Shown here one piece after another: positions 47,879 through 60,193 of a stretch of DNA of 64,000 bases. This stretch comes from Oopsacas minuta (lineage: Eukaryota > Animalia > Porifera), in contig JAKMXF010000244.1 of the NCBI GenBank assembly GCA_024704765.1, positions 611,905-675,904 of the forward strand, given 5' to 3'. Position numbers and translations under genes: made by a program. The stretch's first letter is position 1, and each line of letters begins with the position of its first letter. The notes under the pieces are model-generated. The model did not search any database, was not told the DNA's origin, and worked only from the letters and a program-made list of their open reading frames with translations.

Positions 47879-50847
47879 CACAGTGGGCATTTTTGGGGGT
47901 GAATGGAAACAGGAAAACCATGCAAGATAGAGATATATAATGCATTATTAGCCAATAGGAAATTACCCCTGAGAAAACGATTTCTGCATAAAAAAAATCT
48001 AGGTCATCTCATTAAAAAGTTATGACGTCATTGACACCTTTCATATTATCATAAATTATAGTTTTTGAGCTTAAAATTCAGTTACTAGACGCGATAGAAA
48101 GCTTATTTTGGATCATAGACACACATTTAACATACCCACATTTTAATTGTATCTTATGCTTCCTTCTAATTCAATCATTATTTATTAGCAAGTTAATTGT
48201 GAGAAAAGAATTTCTTGGTCTGGAGGTTCAGAAGAGTGGGTTTTCTTGCTTGCTTTTGTAAATTTTCTATACACATTGAGGACAGGATCACTATTACACA
48301 TCAGTCGTATAAAGATATCTCGAGTATTCAGAGAAAACGACATTTTCCGGCAAGGTGTTCGCGATACCTTCGAACGAGTTTGTTTGAAACTTCAACTGCT
48401 TCTTCAGAGAAGACTTTAAGTCCATGGCTATTGTTACAAGTTCTAATGAGTTCTGAAGAATGGGCTAGTAATTTATGCAAGGTTGGACTGATGTTTGCCA
48501 AGGGAACCTGATTACAATGTATTCGTATGTGTCCTTGCAAAGAATATCCAGTCTTTCAGTATTTATCTCTCGGTCGCTGTTGTAAATACGCAAACATACT
48601 GAAAGGTTAGTGTGGATGACCTTTATATTTTCATGGTATTCTGTTGGTACCAAGGAACAAACCCAGTAAAGAAATTGGTTTTTGTCCAAGAAACAATTTC
48701 GAGCAACATTGCCAGTTGATGTAGTGCCACCATCACTGCTGGGTTGATCAATCTTCATACCAGTCTTTTCCATCAATAAGCCTGAAACAAACTTCATTGA
48801 GTTATTATGCCTAAGAATGATGGTGACCACTTCCTTGCACCTGATTGCAGATGATAAACGAGGGTCATAAACCATCTGAAGATGCACAAATATGAATGTA
48901 ATGGAGAAGGGCAAATTATATCGATGTCGGAAATAGGTTGGTGAGTCAATCCAAGACGGTCATTGGAACTTAGAGATAGAAATTCTACTTCATTCACACT
49001 TTGAAACAGTTCTTTAGCCGATGTTATTGAACGATTAATAGGAAAACCATCTCGTATAAGTTCGACATCATGCAGTTGTTGAAAGTCGCAGTACAGAGTT
49101 GGCAGTGAGCACCACTGGCTCCAGATAGAATTCCTGCCATTTTTCCATCGAACATGGTCCTGAGCAGCCTTATCCTCACAAGTCCTTGCGAGAGTGGTAT
49201 CCCATTTTCTTCCATGTCTGCTACGTAAGGATTGATACAAGTATCCATTAGTGGACGTACATTTTCGCTATTTTCTTTGGCAGCTAGTAAAGTGACTGGG
49301 CGAATCTGAAATTGTGAGTTGGGGCCTTTCGTTTTCCCAAATAAGTTTGTTTGCCTGTCGTGAATAGCGAGAGGTTTGAAAGCAAAGAGAATGAAATTTT
49401 TGGAACCAATATCTGGTGACTCTTGAATCTGATTATAAACTTGATGGGATCCAGATCCATCCAAGCCATCTGTTGCAGAAAATTTCTACGGGATTTCAAA
49501 TTCAGAATCTGTGGGAAGTAATTCGAGTAGGCGGGAAATTGTCTGTTTGATGATAGAGATGTAAGATATCCCTACTCCCATAGGTGCATCAGACACATTT
49601 CGGATAGAAATGAATTCCTTCTCCAGAGTAATATCTGCTCGATACTGGGAAATTAGCTCATACTTAGGGAATAGTACATTGTCTGACTTACAAAGTCTCC
49701 TCAATTCAATGTGCTTTCGCTTACCTATTTCCAGTTGCCCTAGGAGGAACGTAGACTTAGCAATTGAGATGTGTGTCTTTATATTGCCTTGAAATGTGCC
49801 TTTGCTGACTATTCCCAGAGAGAAGGAACTGGTGGAGTAATCTCCTGAAGAAGATGAGACAAATTGCAGAGCCATGGCTGCCATCGTTTTGCTATCCACG
49901 TTCTCACTAGCTGCTAAGCTTTTAATCAAGGCTAAAAGAGGTTCCAGACGTACCCTTTGTCCTTTAATCGTTAATTCTAGGAGTGGTTTCCTGATAGCCT
50001 TTGCATGAACATGATTAGGAGTACAAATATCACCTTCAGACGATAACCGCCTCTTCTCTGCCAATGTTGAATTGTCAAAGAATATCATATCATCCCATGT
50101 ATTTAGGTCGTTTCTTTTACGAAATATCTCTCTATCACCCTTCAACTCAACGAATTTGTATCGGATACAACTATAATATTTATCATCAAGTTGCTGACTA
50201 TCCATAAATACGATTGTTGCATCTCTGACAGATTTACGTGAGGATAGAAAGTCCAAAGCTTCCTTGTTATTCATAATGCTAATATTTTATAGGGAAATTT
50301 TACATTAAAGTTACACCCATTCAAATGAATGCTTGATACTTTGGGCGCCCTCCGGCGGGTCTAAACTATTATATTTTTTGAATGTATTATCATAACCTAC
50401 ATTTTAAGACCAGTGAGAGTTCACGCAACGAAACGCCACAACAAGTTTCAGCATAAAATATCCTGTGGACGCCGAAAAAATGTCCTAAATAGTCATCGCG
50501 TTTTATCTAGTTTTAGAATAGAAAGTTAGAAACCAAACGACATTTCAAGATGTAAATTAGATCCTTGAAATATAAATGTTTCATTATTGTAAAGGAATTC
50601 TTTCTTCTTAGTTACAAGTGCTAAAAATATAACTATGAAACTTGATCGATTTTGATAAACCACACAACAGAAATTCTAATTACAAGAAGCCTCAAATATT
50701 CATCACCATAACAACCAATTTACTTGTTGAATCAGAATTAAATTATTAATTTCTAGGTTTGAAACGATTGTGAATTCAATGATAATAAGGAAATACAATT
50801 CTGAGGGGTAAAAAATTCATGCTATTTCCAGCAAAAAGCCCACTGTG
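47879..50847 (-). mobile_element. Full-length Transib / RAG1-like transposon, 2969 bp
   Basis: Both ends begin CACAGTGGGC(A)TTTTTG. 5-bp TSD TAATT at 47874-47878 and 50848-50852. Confidence 0.93.
48185..50274 (-). pseudogene. RAG1-like/Transib transposase (one in-frame stop at 49486-49488, about 4 frameshifts)
   Basis: Catalytic motifs GLDGSG, MFDGKM and SEEAVEVSNKLVRRYRE. Zinc ligands CQLC, SPLH and TLHKLLAH. Also GGTTSTGNVAR and DIFIRLMCNSDP. N-terminal RKPLLELTIKGQRVRL region. Confidence 0.88.
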
Positions 50848-53599
50848 TAATTGTGGCTCCCAAAAGGTTCTTATCCTCCAGGAAAGGCACGTCCAGACTT
50901 CCGAGAAGATAAGGTTCTCTGCAGCGTATATTTGATACACATGGGCCAGTGGCTCAAATTTGATTAGTAAGATATTGTAATGTCAAGTTATTAAATAAAG
51001 ATGGGAACTTTTTGGATGCCTTAAGTACATACCTAAGCTCTATCATATGTATTTGTCGAGATATGTGGTAAAAACATCAGTCCCTGGCAGTCTTATTGTA
51101 TTGAAGCCTAGTCGGGAAAAATACAGCCGTAGATTAAGAAGGTCATGCATGCAGATTCAGAAAAATAGGCATGAGATATGTAACCATGTTGATAAACATA
51201 CAGAGTGACTGCATATTTCAATATCGATGTGTTTTTGCTCAAAAATAAGTTTGGCATATCAGTAGAAGAGAAAACTAATAAATATAATATCTTCAAGTGT
51301 GCTTGATTTCTTTTGGTGCCAATTCACATTTTCTTGGTTTCTAGTTTTGCTTGGTCTTACATCAACACTATGTTCTGAAGCTTGTAGGCAGAGTAGTCGA
51401 TAGTCAGAACGGGCCCTCGTTATATTTCACACCAATATTGAATCCTACATTTGGAAATTACTGGTACATTGTGTCAATTTAGTTTTAAAAATCAATGCTA
51501 CCTCGCTAAATTAATATCTTTGGAATTCAAGAACAATTGGAACAGTTTGCAATACTTACTCCAAATGGCTGACCGTACAAGATTCTGCCTATATCTGTTG
51601 CTCTGTACAGACGTATAGAGATTTAGTAGATTTGTACATGAATTTTAGTTGAGACACTTACTGATTATGTGCCCAATAACTTAAACTCCTAATGAATGTA
51701 CATTATGTGGTGTGAATCAACAGTTCTAATTAAGCTCAGAGGGATTTCCTGTACAGTCTGTATACTTACATGTTTTCTCCATTCCAAATTGTTCAAGTAT
51801 ACATGGACTATCTGAACTTGCGAGCGCAACGAGAGAGAAATGTTTTGCAGGCGTACACGGTCCTGGCCAATGCAATGAGGAAATAAGAACTCCACATCAG
51901 GATATGACATAAATATATTTGCACTTTGCAGGTATGAAATATGTAGAATTTTGAAAACTTGCACGAAGTTTTGAATTGATTATAGAAACGCCTGACATGT
52001 ATTTGGTTGGGAATGAGAAAACTTAGTGAGCAAGGGTCCCTGCCCGTGCTCGCTAAATTTTTGCCCCCCTGCCCACAAACTCGTCTCTACTGCGTGTAAG
52101 TATGAGGCGCAAGGAAGGGGCGTGGGGTGACGGTTCGGTTTAGGGCTGGTATGTCCCCGTCAATCTGAATTTTAATCTTAGACAGCAGTTAGTACAACTT
52201 CTCCAGGGATTTCCTAAGCATTCACCTCACTTGTTTTTTCTCCTAAACATCTCAGGAACAATATTGTCTTGGAGTGAATAAATGCATGGGAAGCCCTAGA
52301 AAGCGTTGTTCTATGGAAATACTATATATAACATGTGCACCTTCTCCTACGATGTGGAATACCCGAGCAGGTCTCTACGTAAATTTGAAGATTTCAACTA
52401 TTTATACATTCTAATAATCATCAAACAACAAATAAATTTAGAGAAATTTGAAAATACCAAAATCAGTTTCAGCTTTCTCAGTTACCCCATGGCAGCCGGT
52501 AATATGTAATAGCAGTTCCCTACATATATTTTAAGATTTCAATTATTTGTTACTGTATATTGATAAATCAACTATATAAGGTAGTATATGAAAAGTTAAA
52601 ATTTTAAAATTCAGATTCAGCGTACCTGATCACTATATGTCTGTTGAGAGCAAGTCTCTACGTATATATGAAGATTTTAGTTAGTTGGCATATATGAATA
52701 AAAACAACGATAAATTTGCCTATGAGAAACTAGAAATCCTGGGTAGCCGTTTAGAGCAAGCCTGTATGTATATTTTGAATTTTGACATAATTGTTTACTT
52801 TAATTTCATAGAAATATCGAAACATTTACATATGATTAATCCAAAAGTGTGAAATCGGATTCAGCTTGTCCGATACAATTAATAATGATTTATTGAATTC
52901 TATTTACTTCCTTGGTAAACGTGATAAATACATAGTTCGTATCTACGTACATTTTATTGCAATTTACTAATATAGGCGTATTTGCGAAATTGACTCATTC
53001 TTATTCACCCACTAGTTTTATTTCTCGTCTTTTCGGAAGTATACTATATATAGTGAATGCTAATTGTTATTATTACATACGGTGAACTGTTAGCGAATGG
53101 ACGAATGCTTTGCATGGTTGCTAATTCCCAAACACCAACACCGAAGTTGGAACTACCAATAACTACTCAACAGGGGTGGAGGTCGTTGGTTGCTCATCCG
53201 TACTTTTTGAAAAAACTTTCAGAGTTATGTACTCGATTTGTTTCGGTGCCAACTTCTCTTCATTTTTATGTCTAGTCTTTCCGGCTCTTGCGTCAATCTG
53301 AACTTTCTCAAACGTGTAGGTATTAGGCATGAGGGGGTCGTGACGGTTCGGTTTGGGGCTCGCGTACTATTTAGGAACCTTACAACGATACACCTATATC
53401 AATCAGATAATTTTCATTGTCTCAGATGACGTCAAACGAATCAAGTTCGAGTTACGAATAGCATATCCTCAAAGAGCAGGGTGATTTCTCAGACTCGTCA
53501 CAATTTTCTGTTTCTGAGGATATCTCCTATATTTCATCACTTCCTTTTCCTCCCCTGGATACTACCTTGCATTTATATCCCCTTCAATCTGAATCTACA

Positions 53600-54900
53600 T
53601 CTCAGACAGTAGTTAGTCCAACTTCTCCAGGGATTTCCCAAGCAGTCACCTCACTTGGACCGCCTCCTATGGCATCATAAGAACAAGATTGTCTTCAATT
53701 GATAAATGCATGGGACGGCCTTAAAAGCCTCGCTTCTATGGAAATATGTATATAACTTGTACACCATCTCATACTGATGTGCAAGACCTGACAATAATGC
53801 TTTTCCCGAAACCATCTAAAGCTAAGAATCGCAAATACCTAAAGCTATTCATACGCAGAGGCTACATTGCTAAATTTCGCATTCCAAACCTGTGTTATAC
53901 TATTTCTAGGCTCATGAGAAAAGAGAAATACATAGACCAACTTGGGTGAAAATTCTTGATGTTGGTATCCTAGCAGAGGTATTCTCTACCTTTTATTGGA
54001 GCGAATGTGGTGGGAGTCCCTTCCTTAAGAAGAACAATAGATTCATGGATTCATACATACCATTAGAGTCCTATGGCTGTCCACTCTACTTGTATTTCGT
54101 GGCGTAATTTTCACAAACTATCTACAATATTTGATATGCCCCCACGAGTTCAGAGAATGCAATTTCGATATCTGAACCGTCTGGAAACTGTTACAAAAGT
54201 TGTAGTATGAACTGCCATATCTGCTGGCGGTAAACAGCTATGCCAAAGATCAGACTGAAATATCACCTGAATCTAACGCTACCAACGTAACCGTCAGCTT
54301 CGATAGCTCCTGGAAGACCAAATTACTCTACTGTCATCTACCAAGACCGTAGTTTAGCATCAATTAAGCTGTGTTCTACTCTACAAATACTGGTTGATAA
54401 TGTGGCAGGGGTCATTCTGGCTGTCCTACTGGAGAGAAATAATAAGGCCGGAGGAGAAACCCATCAGGTTCTTCATCACCTAATGCTCTGACAACCTTCA
54501 AACCAATTGACATAGAAAAGGTGAAAGAAGTATTCAATACTTATGCGACAGAAGAATTCTGTAGCGATCTGACATTAGGAATGGCTCAAATGTTAATCGA
54601 TCCTTACACAACACAATGTGGAGTCTCTGTCTAAAATGCAAGCACTTTTCACCTCAATCTATTAAGGATTATCGCTGTTATAGCTGTCCTAACCTCTAAC
54701 GAAGTTGAACTTTCACTATTCGGAATCCTGACTGACTTTTGCCTGTCTCCCTCTTGGCGGACTTATAGTGCAATTCTGAAACGAGAATATAGGTCAAATT
54801 ATTCTCGATGAGCTTAGAAGGAGTCGAATTATCAAAGACGCAGAAGAAGAGCGGGACTATTCAAGCAATAAAGAGAATGTGCCCATAATTTCATGATTAC
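53600..54900 (+). mobile_element. Degenerate Mutator-like transposase remnant
   Basis: NVTVSFDSSWK (cf. VSFDGTWQKRG), IFDMPP and NVNRSLHNTMWSLCLK. The 5' region is duplicated at ~52120-52350. Confidence 0.65.
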
Positions 54901-56071
54901 CAGCAGATGATAGCTATGGTGTCCAAATATCCAAAGGTGTAAACAGGAGATGAATATGATTACAGGAAATAACAGAAGATCAAAGGAAATGAAATGTTGC
55001 AGGCCGCATAGAGCAAGCGCCCACAGCTTAGTTATACTATTCAATGATAAATTTGTAAAGGGGTGAAGACATCTAGAAAAAGCCTTCCCCAAGAGCTAAC
55101 AGAAGGCGTAAGAAGGGCGATTTTCAGCTAATAATGGTTAAAATACATCTAGAATTATACACTATCTATCGGTTCGAATCAAGAGACCATCCATACTATA
55201 ATTACTTTCAAGAAGATGTTTGGAGAATGATACAGACGGACAATTTCTAGTAGATTAATCGTTTCGTATTATATACACACGTGTTGTAACAGTTATATAC
55301 GTCTCGAATTATCTATTATTTATCAATTCGAGTCAAGAGACTATCCAAACTGTAAATACTCCAAATATTTTGAAGAATGATGAAGACCGACGACTGCGAT
55401 TTGAGTAGATTTATCTCGGCAATGGTTGGCCCAGCCTGTTAAAACATGGTTAGACTAAGGTGGCAAGAATAATTTTGCAGTAACCATATGTTGGTTATTG
55501 TAAAATGTAAACTGGTCAATTTAGGAGAATTTAATTTCTGATTTCTGGAGGATATGCTTGAGTAACTCTAACATAGCTTTCCAGGTAGACGTACTCTCAC
55601 CTCCTTGTGGTTACCCAGATCCACTAGATAATGTTATTAAGCGACGTTGACTGTACATAATTTGAAATCACTAAGTTTGTCATAAATGTTTTAGAACTTG
55701 TAAAGAATATATCATAAAATATACAGTAAACTATGTCCCTAAGTCACCTATTTCAAAAAGGGAGAAAAATGATAGAGTTTCAGCATCTAGTAGAGTTTAT
55801 GAACGATTGACAGGTGCGTAATATGAAAGTTTATGTGGGAGTTGAATTGTAGAACATATGTATATTTAGCCTGAAACATCATTAATAATATAATACAACC
55901 ATATTTAGTGAATATATAATTTGTTTGATCAAAAATTTTTATCAAAATCTGATACATGTGGTTAATTCATAAGTTGATTTGGCATTTTGGACCATGGATT
56001 ATATCCAGAACATACATTTGCAGTTGCTTGATAGGAGATGTCCAATAAGTGATAGTAAATTGGCTCTGTAC

Positions 56072-56790
56072 CATAGACTCCTTTAGAGAAGAACTGGAAC
56101 GTCGCGATCTCGGGGTTTTTAACTTGAGTCTGAGAGGCTCCAATTAAAAAATTGAAAAAGCATCAGAACCTATATTTAACCAGTGGTTGGGGGCCAGACA
56201 CAACCAAGAAGCTTAAAATAAGAGTATTGGCCACATTTCCCTTTGACCTTAGGCAGATATGAACTTCCTGTTTTCAACCATATTTCCTTATGTTTTTGGG
56301 ATATTTGCATGTTTTGTGCAATGGCTGCGTGGTAATGTTTTATTTTTCTTGTTGCAAATATGTCTGCATGTTAATTGATATTGATTGTGCATGATAATGT
56401 GTTTTGTTTTCAGCTTTTGTGATAATATGCCACGTCGTTGCAGCTGTTTTGGTTGTAGAGGAAATTATGATGGGACGCCTTACCTAAGGGTCATATCCTT
56501 CTCAAAAGATCCTGAGGAGAGGGAGAGATGGATATTGGCAATGCCGAATGAAAACGAAAACTTGAGGCGCTTGAAAGAGATATATATTTGTGAGAGACAT
56601 TTCAATTGTGAATGGGTGTCAGTAAAGGGTGGAAAGCGACCAAAAGAACCGGCATCAATTTTTCCTGGAGTACCGAAATCAGTTTTGAAGCAGGTCACCT
56701 CAGCTCCACGCCCAACATCATCTACATCAGAATCAAGAGCTAAGAAAGTGCAGGCAGCTTATGAGGCTGCAGACAAGATCCAAGATTTCG
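56072..56790 (+). mobile_element. 5' 719 bp of the THAP/P element (copy 3), cut at N
   Basis: Starts CATAGACTCC and ends gatttcgN, the same breakpoint as copy 2. Confidence 0.92.
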
Positions 56791-56869
56791 NAAACATCCA
56801 AAACTCCTCTACCGAATTATATTTATTTCGGGTAAATCTGATGAGTACACATAGGACAAATCAGTGATT

Positions 56870-56941
56870 GAAATGACCCTGGCCGAATATCCTGGTGAAT
56901 TCACAGTCGTTTAATACAGATGAGTTAAAATCTCAACAACA
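56870..56941. mobile_element. Solo terminus related to the Ginger TIR
   Basis: gatgagttaaaatctcaacaaca, whose reverse complement TGTTGTTGAGATTTTAACTCATC parallels TGTTGCGTGAGATTTTAACTCAT. Confidence 0.6.
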
Positions 56942-59127
56942 ATACAATGGGGAACAAAGTACGTCGCAGTGTAGGCATATTTGTAACCCCGCCTCATAAA
57001 CTACTTTCCACAAAGTAAATGTACTACCTTGTGGAAAGTAGTTAATGTGGAAAAAGACAAAGAATGTCGATAAAAACACAGTTTGCGAAGTTGGTAGATA
57101 AAATATAAAACGGTTAACAAAATATTTAAAAGAACTGAGTCATTCAAATTGCAATTTCTCTGGAAAGAGGTCACTGCACCGTGAGTGCAGGTATGCTTCA
57201 AGGAATTGGAACAATCTCCCAGTAATAGTAAATTATAAACTCAAATTCCCGGAATCATATCAAATTATCTATGATTAACTAGCCAGGTGGTGTAAGTAAG
57301 TGGTAAAAGATGCTAAAAGAAAAGAACGTGTATACTGGAGTATATGGCCACCTATAAGACACTTTTGAATCAGCTGACTCATTGGCATAGGGAATCTGTC
57401 CGTAAAGTGGATATACAGTGGGAATATAATAGTGAAAATCGTATCAATTGATGATACCTATCATACTAGCAACGAAACGAAATGTTTCCGATAATATTAG
57501 CTAAGCTGTACAAGATTGATCATAAAAAGTAAAATTACGTCATAAACCTACCCAAACTACTAAACCAAATTTCTCAGGTGCCTAGTCATGGTCAAACTAA
57601 ATATTTAGCAAAAGAGGACAAAAGCCGACAAATGCCATAAACCCAACACGTGTATAAAATATACATCAGTAGTACTGAATTTTGATGGAATATATTGAAA
57701 TTGTGCATTATGAATCAATACTGTATAAATAACGGATTAAGTAGTAAGTGACATTTGTCCTTAGACAAATGGGGCAGCTAATACACCCTACTATACAGTA
57801 AACTCCGCTTAAAAGGGGACACTTGTTATTTGGAAAACCACGGAAATTGGACAAATGTCCAGAAACGGAATCTTCAGGATAAAAGTGAACAATTCTGGAA
57901 ATCGAGTGAATAATACTATAGTAGCAAATCTTTTTAAGGTGAAATTTCCTGTAATTTCAGGAAATTCAAATAAGCTAGGTAGAGATACAAAAATTAGATA
58001 AATATGGACAAAATTTGGATAGATTTGGAACAAAATTGTTCTATTTACTGATGATTGCATCAATATTATTTAACGGAAGGTACTAAAGGAACCGAAAATA
58101 TAGAAGCCTGTACTTTGGATAGGTATGGCTCCATCATACAGTGGTTGAATCGCTTTAGGAGTGTATGCGAATGAAACAATACAAAACGCTGCCTTATAAT
58201 TAATAATATTCGTCAAAATTAATCGGGATAAAACGGATCACTTAGCTTTGGTAATCATGTACTAACATCAACTAGATAGAAATGAGTGATAATTTCAAGT
58301 GAATCCGAAAAATTGATATTTTGGGTGAATATGACGAGCAACTTTCCTAAGGTCTAAAAAGCAAAATTGTTGCTGACAGTGTCCTCATGGTGAAAGAATG
58401 GGCATTATTGGGATAAGTAGCAATGCATATTGAAGAAACGGGTCATATGATGTATCGGGGCCGTCAATTGTGTGATGCACTTCGGTCATCTCCCTACAAA
58501 TAATTCAGAATAATGGGGTGAAATAATTGTCTTTCAGAATTAGCATCGAGAGGCATATGATAGCCAAAAAGAAACAATATTCCCTTGAACTAAGATTTGT
58601 AAATGTATCTAAATTATGGGACAATTTAGCCCCCACCATTGGTTTAAATGGTTATGTTGAGGTATCGAAACATTGATCCGAATTTCGTACTACCCAGTTA
58701 TTTATAAGAATGTTGTATAAATTAGAGGGACGAAGTGCTCAGTTTCATGCGAACAGTTTATGTTCGCAATCCGCGGGGTGGATGCAAGTGAACCGCACTC
58801 GTGTATATATATTCAAAGTCTATTTCGCTTAGAAATGAGGATGGAAATTCGGGGCAAGGGTATAAACGTTTTGAAAACCGTTCCGAAATAAATAAGTGTA
58901 TTCGAAACATGTCATCCTACAAATTCATAAAAATTGATGCTAATATAGTAAGGAGATACTTTAGGTTGACCACAACATACGACCACACAAAATTTTATAA
59001 TGAATGGCGATAATTTTCGCTTTTCTGAGAGAATAGACGCAAGTTGTCTCACGGAAACAGATAGAAATTCAGTGTGTACGCCTAAATTATTGCAAGATAT
59101 AAAAATAAATTAGTAGTATTCGCTTAC

Positions 59128-59625
59128 TTGTTTCGTGAAGTCACTATTTACTAATACAATGTCGGCTTTGCCAGTACTCCATTCTTCAATTAAATCAATA
59201 GGTATTCTATATAGTCGTTTTAAGAAATGTTTTCGTTCTGTTAATAGCCTGTCAGGATAATGACAATAAAAGATAACTTTTCTACACGAGGCTCTAAGAA
59301 TTGGAATGCATATAGAAATCTGGTCACAGAAAATAGTATGAAAATAATAACGATAATAAATATAAATATACAAAGACAAGAAAAACATCCGAATGTATGC
59401 ACATAGAGCATAACAAATTCCGAAAATAGATCGAGGTAACCAACCCCCAATACAATAAATCACGAACGCCCCATCTTGAGTCTCTGAAAAAGAATGTTTA
59501 GGATCATAATGGGAGGTGAAATAAGAAATTCCGTGGCCTTTGGAAGTAAGAGCTGTTCCAACATCAATAATGAGTCTTTCAGCACCACCAATGCCTAAAT
59601 CAGGATGAACAATTGCAATCCTCAT
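59128..59625 (-). CDS. ALG2: Alpha-1,3/1,6-mannosyltransferase ALG2, first coding exon
   Basis: MRIAIVHPDLGIGGAERLIID..HYDPKHSFSET..CDQIS..FYCHYPD..EEWSTGKADIVLVNSDFT. Donor gtaagc after 59128, phase 0. In-frame stop upstream of the ATG. Confidence 0.93.
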
Positions 59626-60193
59626 ATTTTAGAGGATTATTAAGAAAATAAATAAGGATCGGAAAAGCTAAATACACACAAAACATGCAAAGAAGCATAA
59701 TCAATGACTAAATATATCTGAGCAAATAATATTAGCAGAAAATATATAATAAAAGGCAATGAATGGGATTAAATTTTGATTTAAAAGCATTCCGTAGAGT
59801 TCAGGGCTCTCAACTCTCACAATCTCGTTGTGTGTCACATGATTTTTCGTCTGAACACACAACAAAATACTGGCCTATACATAAAACTAATACTAAATCA
59901 AAAGTCCGAGGATAAAATAGTTGTAACTAAAACCTAAATATTACGGGATTTGGCTAAAGCCAGGAACGATATAGTGTTCTAAATTCACGAATAGTAAAAA
60001 TGAAATATACACCAGTAACACATTATATCATTTAACATTGGAGCATTTCTTTGAAATAATTACTAACTAAGCAGACAAATGACGTCATTTCGGCACCTAA
60101 AACTTTTTAAATATATAATTAGTATATTATCAAATATCATCATTTTTTACAGTGCTTTGAACAAAATGCTGCTCCCAATTATTCTATATAATT

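Noticed and set aside
47879-50847. RAG2-like partner ORF within the RAG1-like element
   Set aside because: The non-coding flanks are only ~300 and ~570 bp, AT-rich, with no kelch/PHD-like ORF.
51689-51964. Minus-strand ORF (QVFK..YPDV) as ALG2 exon 2
   Set aside because: No phase-compatible acceptor and none of the conserved ALG2 C-terminal motifs.
57795-58800. pogo-like TIR start (tacagtaaactccgcttaa) and adjacent short ORFs
   Set aside because: No partner TIR or transposase motif was found, so it could not be delimited.
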